Virus record (IMG/VR): IMGVR_UViG_2563366965_000004 | Origin: a virus | Lineage: Duplodnaviria; Heunggongvirae; Uroviricota; Caudoviricetes | DNA: 43,555 nt | Direction: 5' to 3' (one strand) | Part shown: positions 35,492-43,555 of the stretch, piece after piece | How the letters are laid out: every line of letters begins with the position of its first letter | How positions within the stretch are numbered: position 1 is the stretch's first letter | Program-made: the position numbers and the translations under genes | Notes under the pieces: generated by a model | Databases searched by the model: none | What the model saw: the letters and a program-made list of their open reading frames with translations, nothing else | What the model was told of the DNA's origin: nothing

Positions 35492-36895
35492 ATGCCGTCA
35501 ATTATCCAGGACGCAATAACTTCTCTTTTGGGGGGAGATACCAGCGATGACTGGCAGGGGCAGTTACGGCCCAGCTCATTCAGAGGTGTGCCATTTGCAA
35601 TTGTTGCTGAGGAAGGGAGCCACGGCCGACGCCAGGCGGTACATGAATATCCCTACCGTGATACAGCCTGGATAGAGGATATCGGGCGGGCAACACGGCG
35701 ATTTGTTATTCGCGGTTTCTTGATCCAGAACAGCCAGGTTTACGGCGGCGGCGATGCTATCACGCAGCGCCAGTCACTGATTGAAGCCTGTGAACAAAAA
35801 GGTAGCGGTACGCTTGTCCATCCGACACTGGGCGAATTAACGGTTTCCATCCCTGAGAATGGTTTGCGTATTTCCGGTTCGATGGAGAACGGGCGAGTAT
35901 TTGAATTTACCCTGATGGCAATTGAATCAGGGCTTAAAGTGTTTGCTGTCACGGGCAGTACCGTTGCAGGCGCCACGGTGAAAACCAACTATCTGAAACT
36001 GGTCAGCACTGCTGTGCTGAGCACGATTGCCAGAGTTAAGAGTGAAATCCGCGGTGTCACACAGGCTATAAACACCATCAGAGGCACGGTCACGTTCTGG
36101 ACTAACATGGTTGACAGCACCATCAGTCAGGTCACGAATCTCAGCAATGTCCTGAACTCCACGTTCGGGAATACCCGGTACGGGCGTTACAGTAAAGGCT
36201 CTGTGGGCGGTAGTTCCTCTGCTGTTGCTGGCAAATCGTCAGTTGCTGATGTGGATGATGAGAGAGCACTGGCTGACAAGGTAACAGCCCAGTCGGTAAT
36301 GGACCGGAAAAATGTTACCGACAGGTCGAGCCAGCTTAGCAGCTCCAACACACCTGATGAGTTTGTCCAGGGCGTCGCCGACGTGGTAAACGCAATTCTT
36401 AACAGCGCCGGCAGCGTTAATGACCGAATCACAGCGCTGGAAAAACTGGCTAATTCAATCAGCACGGAGTACCAGCAGTCCGACAGCAGCAAAGCGATTT
36501 CGGCGACCATGAACACGCTGATTGTTGTGCTATGTACTGGTGCCATGACCAGTGCCGCTGCGGACTCCAGACCAGCCAGTACAGACGAGGCAGAAGAGTT
36601 AACTCAACGAGTTTCTGTGCAACTTGATACGGCGCTGGTTCTGGCTGGAGACCGCGCGGACGATGATATGTATAACGCGCTTCTCGCCGTCAGATCGGCA
36701 TTCCTTTCTACGATGAGTGAGCGTGCTTCTGGTCTGAGCGAGCTTCTGCAGGTTACTACCGCTCAGCCGCTTCCGGCGCTGACGCTGGCAAACCGATTAT
36801 ACCAGGATGCCACCCGTGCAGATGAACTGGTACAGGAAGCGCGCGTACCGCATCCGGCGTTTATGCCGACAACCATGAAGGTACTGAGGCAATGA
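35492..36895 (+). CDS. DNA circularisation protein (Mu gpN-like)
   Basis: Position after the tape measure in a Mu-type tail module; ATG 35492 with GGAGG RBS. Confidence 0.75.
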   Translation: MPSIIQDAITSLLGGDTSDDWQGQLRPSSFRGVPFAIVAEEGSHGRRQAVHEYPYRDTAWIEDIGRATRRFVIRGFLIQNSQVYGGGDAITQRQSLIEACEQKGSGTLVHPTLGELTVSIPENGLRISGSMENGRVFEFTLMAIESGLKVFAVTGSTVAGATVKTNYLKLVSTAVLSTIARVKSEIRGVTQAINTIRGTVTFWTNMVDSTISQVTNLSNVLNSTFGNTRYGRYSKGSVGGSSSAVAGKSSVADVDDERALADKVTAQSVMDRKNVTDRSSQLSSSNTPDEFVQGVADVVNAILNSAGSVNDRITALEKLANSISTEYQQSDSSKAISATMNTLIVVLCTGAMTSAAADSRPASTDEAEELTQRVSVQLDTALVLAGDRADDDMYNALLAVRSAFLSTMSERASGLSELLQVTTAQPLPALTLANRLYQDATRADELVQEARVPHPAFMPTTMKVLRQ

Positions 36896-37977
36896 ATGCA
36901 GACAGCGATCTGGATGTTGTTTCTTTGACGGTCGACGGCAAAATCATCGAGGGGTGGGATTCTGTCCGGGTAACGCGGGGTATTGAGCGTTTTCCCTCTG
37001 ATTTCGATCTTGGGCTAATGGATTACTTCCCTGGCAACGAAGATCGTCAACTCGTTGAAGAGGGAATGTCTTGTGAAGTTCGTATCGGAGATGATCTGAC
37101 ACTGACGGGATATGTTGATGACTGGGAACCCGCACTATCGCGCTCCCGCCATGAGGTCCGCGCCACGGGCAGGAGCAAATGTCAGGACCTGGTGGATTGC
37201 TCAGCTGAGTGGCCTAACAACGTCATTAATGCCAGTAATGCACTTGAAATTGCTTCTCGCCTGGCATCCTACTACGGCATCACCGTAACCACGGATGTTG
37301 ATGAGCTTGTGAAGGTACCCCAGTTCACTCTGAACTGGGGTGAGTCTCCGCAAGAAGTCATCGAGCGGGTGGCCAGATGGTCTGCTCTGCTTTACTACGA
37401 TCAGCCCGATGGAAACCTGTTACTGACCCGGGTGGGAACACGTCGTGCGGCGAGTGGGATAGCCGAAGGGGTAAATGTCGAGCAGGCATACTACCGCAAA
37501 TCGATGGCTGACAGGTTTTCAGATTATGTCGGTGTATCAATGAGCGTTTCTCCAATTGCAGGGTATTCGCCTGATACGGCCTATGACGCTGTGACTCTGG
37601 CAACGGCGAGAGATCCGGAGGCCGCCCGTATGCGGTACCGAAAACATATATCGATTGTGGAAAGTACCCTGATGGCTACTCAACAGGCACAAAGTGCGAT
37701 CGACTGGGAAATGAACCGGCGGTACGGACGTTCAAAACAGCTCTCGGTAACCATCGATTCTTGGCGGGATAAAGACGGGAAACTGTGGGAACCAAACACA
37801 TTGATCCCCGTTGATCTTCCCACGTTACGGTTGCCGGAGACTGAATTGCTGTTGGCAGAAGTCACCTATATGCGTGATGACTACGGCACCCATGCACGCA
37901 TGACGCTGATGCCGCCTGAAGCATTCACCGTTCAGCCATATGCCTTCTACCAGAACCTGGCGGGATTCAATACATGA
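36892..37977 (+). CDS. Baseplate hub / tail protein (Mu gpP-like)
   Basis: 361 aa; order and size fit Mu P (gp44) in the N-P-Q-V-W-R-S series. Confidence 0.65.
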   Translation: MNADSDLDVVSLTVDGKIIEGWDSVRVTRGIERFPSDFDLGLMDYFPGNEDRQLVEEGMSCEVRIGDDLTLTGYVDDWEPALSRSRHEVRATGRSKCQDLVDCSAEWPNNVINASNALEIASRLASYYGITVTTDVDELVKVPQFTLNWGESPQEVIERVARWSALLYYDQPDGNLLLTRVGTRRAASGIAEGVNVEQAYYRKSMADRFSDYVGVSMSVSPIAGYSPDTAYDAVTLATARDPEAARMRYRKHISIVESTLMATQQAQSAIDWEMNRRYGRSKQLSVTIDSWRDKDGKLWEPNTLIPVDLPTLRLPETELLLAEVTYMRDDYGTHARMTLMPPEAFTVQPYAFYQNLAGFNT

Positions 37978-38558
37978 AGCAACTCTTTAAACATGCAGCG
38001 ACCAGGATTGCCGGCATGCTGGGGATTGGCCGGATCACGGCTATGAAAGATGGTGGAGTGGTGCAGTCAATCCAGTACCAGACTCCGCTGGAGGTGGCCA
38101 GCGCACCGCGGATGGCAGAATTTGGCTTTTCATCCGGCCTGCCTGCAGGGACTGACGTGGTTCTGGCTTTTATTGGCGGTGATCGTTCCAGCGCGGTGGT
38201 AATTGCGTCCAACCATCAGGGGTTCCGTCATACAGGCCTGAAAGCGGGCGAAACGGTCATGTATAACCAGTGGGGCCTTAATATTCTCCTGACGGAGAAG
38301 GGGATCTTCCTGGATGCAAAGGGCCAGAATGTTGAGGTCAATAACGCCACTAACGTGACCATCAATGCCAGCCAGGGGATCCTTGCAAATACCCCGATCC
38401 TGAGGTGTACGGGTGACATTGTTGATAACTGTGAAACCAATACCCGAACACTGAAAGAGCTGCGGGATGCACATAATGACCATGATCATGTGGTTAAAAA
38501 TGCCCAGAGTGGCAATGACAATATCCGCAGCCAAAAAACAGAGGATCAGGTGACATGA
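37974..38558 (+). CDS. Baseplate assembly protein V / spike (gp45-like)
   Basis: 194 aa; Gly-rich beta-strand core and conserved position. Confidence 0.7.
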   Translation: MKQLFKHAATRIAGMLGIGRITAMKDGGVVQSIQYQTPLEVASAPRMAEFGFSSGLPAGTDVVLAFIGGDRSSAVVIASNHQGFRHTGLKAGETVMYNQWGLNILLTEKGIFLDAKGQNVEVNNATNVTINASQGILANTPILRCTGDIVDNCETNTRTLKELRDAHNDHDHVVKNAQSGNDNIRSQKTEDQVT

Positions 38559-38992
38559 GTGACATCGCTTCATTCTGGAATGTGGATGAGATGTTTGCTG
38601 ACTGGCAGAAAGGGCTGGGTGAACTCACCACGGGGAACGATTTACAGACTGCAATACTGGACAGCCTGTTTACCGACAGGCTGGCGCGCGCTGACGATGA
38701 TTATGAGGATAGCGATCGCCGCGGCTGGTGGGGGGATTCCGGGGAGGAATCCCAACTGGGATCCCGGCTGTGGCTGCTACGGCGGAAAAAACTGACCCCG
38801 GATGTAGCAAAAAAAGCGGAGGAATACTCGAGTGAAGCGCTCAACTGGTTAAAGGTTGATGGCGTTGTCAGCGAGGTTATTCCTGTTGCCAGGATCGTCC
38901 TGCCTGACCGGCTCAATCTCATTATCCGCTATCAGGCACCGGGGAAGGACTGGCAGGAATTCAGGTTTTACTGGATATGGGAGCAACGTTAA
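38555..38992 (+). CDS. Baseplate protein (GPW/gp25-like, Mu gp46-like)
   Basis: 145-aa ORF in the conserved baseplate series. Confidence 0.65.
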   Translation: MSDIASFWNVDEMFADWQKGLGELTTGNDLQTAILDSLFTDRLARADDDYEDSDRRGWWGDSGEESQLGSRLWLLRRKKLTPDVAKKAEEYSSEALNWLKVDGVVSEVIPVARIVLPDRLNLIIRYQAPGKDWQEFRFYWIWEQR

Positions 38993-38993
38993 T

Positions 38994-40136
38994 ATGCCGT
39001 TTAAACGACCGACGCTGAGCGAACTCCGCGACGGAAACCGGAAATTTATGCAGGCGGAGCTTGAGGATGTTGGTGCGCTCCTGCGGTTCGCGAACCTGAA
39101 GGTACTGGCTGACATGGATGCGGGGATGGGGCATTTGCATTACGCCTACCTTGACTATATTGCCCTGCAGACAAACCCGTTTACCTCTACCGATGAGTAT
39201 CTCGCCGGGTGGATGGCCCTTAAGCAGGTATTCAGAAAACCAGCTGCAGCGGCGAAGTCGCCTGCGGTACAGGCTAGTGGCAGTGTTGACAGTATTATCC
39301 CTGTTGGCTCGATCATTAACCGCGGGGACGGATACCAGTACCGGACGGATGCAGATCTTAAAATTCAGGCAGATGGATTTGGTATCGTCGCGGTGACGGC
39401 CATCCTGCCGGATATTACCAGTGATGTAACGGGTGGAGGCGCGCGCGGTAACGCTGATGCCGGGACCATAATGACCCTGGACGCGAATATTGCTGGCGTG
39501 GATCCACAGGTAACGTTACTGTCCGCTGCGACCGGCGGAGCCGATATTGAAACGGAAGAGGACTTTCGCAGTCGTGGCTTGCTGGCATGGCAGAATCCGC
39601 CTCAGGGTGGAAGCGACGCCGATTATAAAAAATGGGCGCTTGAGGTTTCGGGCGTCACCCGCGCGTGGGTAAAGCGGCGTCTGAACGGGGCCGGTACCGT
39701 TGGCGTGTATATCATGTGTGATCGGAATGACAATGGTGGGTTTCCGGTCGGTACCGATGGAATATCCCAACTTGAGGACTGGGGGGCTGTTAAAGCCACC
39801 GGAGACCAGCTCGCTGTCGCCGACCACATCTATCCGCAGCAGACAGACACTGCCATTGTTTTCGTATGTTCCCCGATCAAGAAAGTCATCAATATTGAAA
39901 TCTCTGGTATCAAAAATGCCGACAGCACCACAGTTCAGGGTATAAAAGACGCGCTGACGGCGCTATTTTTTGATGAGGCTAACCCTGATGGTTCCGGGAA
40001 AGTTTACCTCTCTGATATTAACGGGAGTATCGGCGGTGTTAGTGGCACGACGGGCTATATCCTTAACTCTCCGATGGCCAATATCACCTTTGCTGTTGGC
40101 GAAATTCCGGTGCTTGGTGGGGTGAATTTTGTATGA
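38994..40136 (+). CDS. Baseplate J-like protein (Mu gp47-like)
   Basis: 380 aa from ATG 38994 (track ORF starts upstream at 38856). Confidence 0.8.
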   Translation: MPFKRPTLSELRDGNRKFMQAELEDVGALLRFANLKVLADMDAGMGHLHYAYLDYIALQTNPFTSTDEYLAGWMALKQVFRKPAAAAKSPAVQASGSVDSIIPVGSIINRGDGYQYRTDADLKIQADGFGIVAVTAILPDITSDVTGGGARGNADAGTIMTLDANIAGVDPQVTLLSAATGGADIETEEDFRSRGLLAWQNPPQGGSDADYKKWALEVSGVTRAWVKRRLNGAGTVGVYIMCDRNDNGGFPVGTDGISQLEDWGAVKATGDQLAVADHIYPQQTDTAIVFVCSPIKKVINIEISGIKNADSTTVQGIKDALTALFFDEANPDGSGKVYLSDINGSIGGVSGTTGYILNSPMANITFAVGEIPVLGGVNFV

Positions 40137-40726
40137 GCCTCTTTTCAAAAAATGATTATGCCGGTGCGCTTGGCGCGTTGCTGCCGACGGGCAGGGCGTG
40201 GCCCAGATCGCAAAAAACGGTACAGGCTGCGGTATTACGGGCACTGGGCAGCGCGTTTCAGCGTTCTGACAACGATGCGCAAAGCCTGATTACTGGTGCT
40301 TTTCCCCCTACAGCGACGGTAATGTTGTCAGAATGGGAAAGCTCTCTGGGGTTACCAGATGATTGTGCGATTGGTGAATCCGGTGGCGTCAGCGATCGCC
40401 AGCGCGCCGTGGTGGCAAAGTTAATCAGCACCGGCGGCCTGAACCGCGATTATTACATCCGGGTGGCTGCAGCTCTTGGTTATACCATCACTATCACACA
40501 GTTCAGGCCCGCTATGAGTGGCATGTCAGTATGCGGTGATGCGCTTAACGGTGACGAGTGGCCATTTACCTGGCGGATAAATGCGCCACAAACAACGATC
40601 AAGTATTCGCTTGCTGGCGCGTCCTACTGCGGAGATCCGCTCGCATCGTGGGGCAATAAACAACTGGAGTGTTCAATCAACAAAATTGCCCCATCCCATC
40701 TGAACATCATTTTCAATTATTCATAA
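40133..40726 (+). CDS. Tail protein (Mu gp48-like, DUF2313-like)
   Basis: 197 aa directly upstream of the tail-fibre gene. Confidence 0.65.
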   Translation: MSLFSKNDYAGALGALLPTGRAWPRSQKTVQAAVLRALGSAFQRSDNDAQSLITGAFPPTATVMLSEWESSLGLPDDCAIGESGGVSDRQRAVVAKLISTGGLNRDYYIRVAAALGYTITITQFRPAMSGMSVCGDALNGDEWPFTWRINAPQTTIKYSLAGASYCGDPLASWGNKQLECSINKIAPSHLNIIFNYS

Positions 40727-40777
40727 CTGATATTTCCCCCTCTGATTTTATCGCTTAACACTAAGTGAGGATTAACT

Positions 40778-41413
40778 ATGCTCCGAATCGGGCAAGTCGA
40801 AGCCACTGCAACGCAGGATGGCAAATATACTGATGGAAGTGTTGCTGGTGGTATTGCCGCAACGAGGCTGCGGGCAGCAGCGTTTAACGCCATGCAGGAA
40901 GAGTTAGCGCATATCGTAGAGTCAGCAGGATTGGCGCTCGACATTAACGATATGACTCAGGTTTTAAAAGCCATTCAAAAACTCACACTGAGCCGTGCAA
41001 ACCCATTTGCCGATATCAAATCAGATGGAGCAGCGGCGATTTCTACGGCTCTCACAAACCTTGGTTTGGGAGAAGCGGCTAAAAGAAATGTAGGGACAGG
41101 GGCGAATCAGATACCTGATATGGGTAGTTTTATGCTTTCTGCTTCAGTTCCTGGATATCAAAAATTGCCATCCGGTTTAATTATTCAATGGGGGCCAATT
41201 GATGTTCCGCTGACGTCTCAGGACACAGTAACCTATTTTCCGATTGCATTTCCGAATAGATGTCTGCGGGTATTTGCGACTCAGGATTACACTCCCGGCA
41301 GTGCAAATGTTGGCTATATAGCTTGTGCCGGTTATAACCAGGACCCGGTGAAATTTATTTCCAGAGCAGGCGTACCCGGTATCGGTGCTTCATTTTTCGC
41401 ATTAGGGTGTTAA
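40778..41413 (+). CDS. Tail fibre protein (constant N-terminus fused to currently expressed variable C-terminus)
   Basis: N-terminal [38 protein letters not shown] is the conserved P2 H / Mu S-type fibre start; an inversion crossover site lies at codon 95-103. Confidence 0.7.
   Translation: MLRIGQVEATATQDGKYTDGSVAGGIAATRLRAAAFNAMQEELAHIVESAGLALDINDMTQVLKAIQKLTLSRANPFADIKSDGAAAISTALTNLGLGEAAKRNVGTGANQIPDMGSFMLSASVPGYQKLPSGLIIQWGPIDVPLTSQDTVTYFPIAFPNRCLRVFATQDYTPGSANVGYIACAGYNQDPVKFISRAGVPGIGASFFALGC
41049..41075. repeat. Invertase crossover site, left (gix/hix-like)
   Basis: CTCTCACAAACC-TT-GGTTTGGGAGAAG: dyad with AAACC-NN-GGTTT core inside the fibre gene, as in Gin/Hin sites. Confidence 0.65.
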
Positions 41414-41439
41414 TTTCTTTTAACTTTATGGAGTGAAAA

Positions 41440-41880
41440 ATGAATTACATATATTCCGCGACTACAAACTCTTTCTATCCCTTGGAGATGAAAGAGGATT
41501 ACACGCAAGCTGACTCATGGCCAGATGATGCTGTTGAAGTTGATGAGCAAGTGTATATTGAGTTTTCCGGATTACCGCCGAAAGGAAAAATCCGTATCGC
41601 TGGAGAAAATGGTTTTCCTGCATGGTCTGAAATTCCACCACCATCACATGAGGAACTTATTGAACAGGCCGAATCAGAGAGGCAATTATTGATTAACCAT
41701 GCCAACGAATACATGAACAGTAGGCAATGGTCTGGTAAAGCAGCTATTGGTCGCCTGAAGGGGGACGAGCTGGCGCAATATAATTTGTGGCTGGATTATC
41801 TGGACGCACTGGAACTGGTCGATACTTCCGGGGCGCCAGATATTGAATGGCCTACGCCTCCGGCAGTTCAGGCCAGATGA
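41440..41880 (+). CDS. Tail fibre assembly chaperone (Tfa), currently expressed orientation
   Basis: 146 aa; conserved Tfa C-terminus (LWLDYLDALELVDTSGAPDIEWP). Confidence 0.8.
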   Translation: MNYIYSATTNSFYPLEMKEDYTQADSWPDDAVEVDEQVYIEFSGLPPKGKIRIAGENGFPAWSEIPPPSHEELIEQAESERQLLINHANEYMNSRQWSGKAAIGRLKGDELAQYNLWLDYLDALELVDTSGAPDIEWPTPPAVQAR

Positions 41881-42454
41881 CATCCGGCGCTGTGCTGGTA
41901 TCTGTTGCCGTCACCGCGTCAATGTAATCCAGCACAGTGTTAAGTCGGGTGGTCTCTGCCTGCATCAGCTTCCGCCCGGCCTGCAATTTAAGTTGAATCA
42001 GACTAATGGAAGCCATTGCAGTATTAATCAGTGACTGACGCTGTACTTCTGCCGCGTCTACTGCGGCGCTATGCTGTGCCTCAGTATCGGTCACCCATTT
42101 CTTACCATCCCATTTATCGAATGGCGTTAACGGGGCGATAGTGGTTGTATTTTCAGGATAATCACCCGGAGCTGTGATTTCTTTGGCGTCTCCCGTTTCG
42201 GTTTTATAGACGATTTCACCGCGATGGTCTGGCACATATTCCCATGAGTTTAAATCCATCGAACGGCAGATAGCATAACCCGCCTTATGTATACCAGGTT
42301 CATCCAGACAGGAATATGCAGGGATACCGACACCAATGGCAAGATATTCATTTGAAGTAGAAATATATTCCCGAGTTTTACCATCATAGTTATAGACGGT
42401 AATATTCCCCGCCTTCGTAGCAATAAGCTCGCTATTTAATACGGCGTTATCCAT
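41852..42454 (-). CDS. Alternative tail fibre assembly chaperone (Tfa')
   Basis: 200 aa on the opposite strand; C-terminus (VLDYIDAVTATDTSTAPDVIWP) parallels Tfa; 3' ends of the two tfa genes overlap. Confidence 0.75.
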   Translation of the reverse strand: MDNAVLNSELIATKAGNITVYNYDGKTREYISTSNEYLAIGVGIPAYSCLDEPGIHKAGYAICRSMDLNSWEYVPDHRGEIVYKTETGDAKEITAPGDYPENTTTIAPLTPFDKWDGKKWVTDTEAQHSAAVDAAEVQRQSLINTAMASISLIQLKLQAGRKLMQAETTRLNTVLDYIDAVTATDTSTAPDVIWPELPEA

Positions 42455-42951
42455 TATGCAGCCCTCACGATATAGTTAAATGCAATATTTCGTGGACGGG
42501 TTTCACTCCCGCCAGTATTACCGATACTCCCTCGTTGATGAAGTGTCGGTGATGGGATCAGACTCCCTCCTGTATTTGTGGCATCAAGTCCCCGTCCTTG
42601 TGTGTATGTTTTTTTGAAAATCGTAGCCAGTTCCCATTCATCTTTTGTGTCGTAACCATCATTGGCAACAACAATATGACGGTGCTTTTCCAGCATCCCA
42701 GCCTGAAGGCTCAATAAAGCACGTCCTGCATCAATACCGCGCCCATCATCCCAGCCACGAATAAATTCACCTCGTAAATCAGGCAATTTATTTGTCGGGT
42801 AAGCCTTTGCCAGTTCCGGGTATTCTTCAGCAGAAAAAGCCGCCCCGTTGCATTTCAGCCAGCCTGTTGGAGGTGTCTCTGAAGGCCACGGAACAGGTGC
42901 ACCAACAGGTAATGCTGAACCTTCTCCCAAACCAACCTTTTTTATAACCAT
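42454..42951 (-). CDS. Alternative tail-fibre variable C-terminal segment (promoterless cassette)
   Basis: Opposite-strand ORF whose 5' end carries the inversion site and the same GLGE codons as the expressed fibre; would be fused in frame to the constant region after inversion. Confidence 0.65.
   Translation of the reverse strand: MVIKKVGLGEGSALPVGAPVPWPSETPPTGWLKCNGAAFSAEEYPELAKAYPTNKLPDLRGEFIRGWDDGRGIDAGRALLSLQAGMLEKHRHIVVANDGYDTKDEWELATIFKKTYTQGRGLDATNTGGSLIPSPTLHQRGSIGNTGGSETRPRNIAFNYIVRAA
42921..42947. repeat. Invertase crossover site, right (gix/hix-like)
   Basis: CTTCTCCCAAACC-AA-CCTTTTTTATAA; left half is the exact reverse complement of the left site's right half. Confidence 0.6.
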
Positions 42952-43006
42952 CAAAAATCTGGTGATGCTTCGCCGTTTCTCCTGTTTTCATAACAGGAGA
43001 AATCCC

Positions 43007-43555
43007 ATGATTTACGGTTATGCCCGAGTATCAACAAACCACCAGGACACTGAATTGCAACTAACGGCGCTCAAGTCAGCGGGTTGTGAGAAAATTTTTG
43101 AAGAGCATGCCAGCGGGAGGAAATCGAATCGGCCGGTTCTAAAACGGCTGATCGCCACTATGCAGCCGGGGGATGAACTGGTGGTCTGGAAGCTGGACAG
43201 GATAGGCCGCAACGTTCTGCATGCGCTGTTGATGTTCCAGCAGTTACAGGAAAAGGGTATCAACTTCCGCAGTATTACCGATGGCGTGGATCTCAAAACA
43301 GCCAGCGGCCGCTATAACTTTCGTAACATCCTTTCCGCAGCACAATATGAATCTGATCTTAATAGCGAACGTACCTTAGCAGGGCTGGCCGTAGCCAGGG
43401 CAAAAGGGCGAGTTGGTGGTCGCAGGCCTAAGTTCACGGATGAGCAATGGCGGGAAATGGGGGAGCGGATGACAACCGGTGAATCACGACAAAGCGTATC
43501 AAAAACGTATGGAGTAGGGCTCTCAACTCTGTATAAAAAGTTTCCAGCTAGCTGA
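43007..43555 (+). CDS. Site-specific DNA invertase, serine recombinase (Gin/Hin/Pin family)
   Basis: MIYGYARVSTNHQDTELQ...VVWKLDRIGRN...GLSTLYKK: catalytic Ser region and C-terminal HTH match Gin/Hin as recalled; ATG 43007 with AGGAGA RBS; stop at window end. Confidence 0.95.
   Translation: MIYGYARVSTNHQDTELQLTALKSAGCEKIFEEHASGRKSNRPVLKRLIATMQPGDELVVWKLDRIGRNVLHALLMFQQLQEKGINFRSITDGVDLKTASGRYNFRNILSAAQYESDLNSERTLAGLAVARAKGRVGGRRPKFTDEQWREMGERMTTGESRQSVSKTYGVGLSTLYKKFPAS

Larger units (their letters stand above)
41076..42920. other. Invertible tail-fibre segment (G-segment-like)
   Basis: Bounded by exact 13-bp inverted repeats (41063-41075 GGTTTGGGAGAAG; 42921-42933 CTTCTCCCAAACC); contains two alternative fibre C-termini and two convergent tfa genes. 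Confidence 0.7.
1..43555. mobile_element. Temperate prophage (lambdoid/Rac-like early region, lambda-like head, Mu/P2-like contractile tail); window begins at int and ends at the tail-fibre invertase
   Basis: Contiguous gene order int-xis-recT/recE-repressor/cro-O/P-nin-Q-lysis-cos-terminase-head-tail-invertase read from the ORF translations; att sites not visible inside the window. Confidence 0.9.

Noticed and set aside
42976-43000. Perfect palindrome TTCTCCTGTT-ttcat-AACAGGAGAA just upstream of the invertase, considered as the right recombination site
   Set aside because: The exact inverted-repeat partner of the left crossover site is at 42921-42933; this palindrome overlaps the invertase RBS and is more likely a regulatory or translational hairpin
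1-43555. Search for tRNA, rRNA, CRISPR arrays, IS elements or att core repeats
   Set aside because: No cloverleaf-like tRNA, spacer-repeat array or transposase ORF was seen by eye; the attachment sites probably lie outside the window, since int starts at position 1

Overview
The window is essentially one intact-looking temperate prophage of an enterobacterial host, in lambda/Rac-like prophage order: integrase and excisionase at the left edge; a leftward recE/recT recombination operon; an immunity region (XRE-type repressor divergent from Cro-like and YdaT-like genes); lambda O/P-like replication genes with in-gene iterons; a nin-like region with DinI, NinG and Q; a lysis cassette (holin, endolysin, Rz/Rz1); a lambda-like cos site; lambda-like terminase and head genes; a Mu/P2-like contractile tail; and an invertible tail-fibre segment with a Gin/Pin-type invertase at the right edge. 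All calls are by-eye reading of the six-frame translations and DNA motifs; no searches were run. Two AT-rich accessory insertions are the best candidates for an undescribed system: (1) a 434-aa gene directly downstream of the repressor (the sieB/rex position) whose N- and C-termini resemble proteasome-beta/HslV Ntn-hydrolases, and (2) a two-gene cassette of an unknown 216-aa protein translationally coupled to an HTH-XRE/ImmA-IrrE zinc-metallopeptidase fusion. Further accessory genes sit between Rz and cos. Other notable elements are a canonical LexA box upstream of dinI, a -1 frameshift site in the tail chaperone gene, and duplicated terminators after Q.
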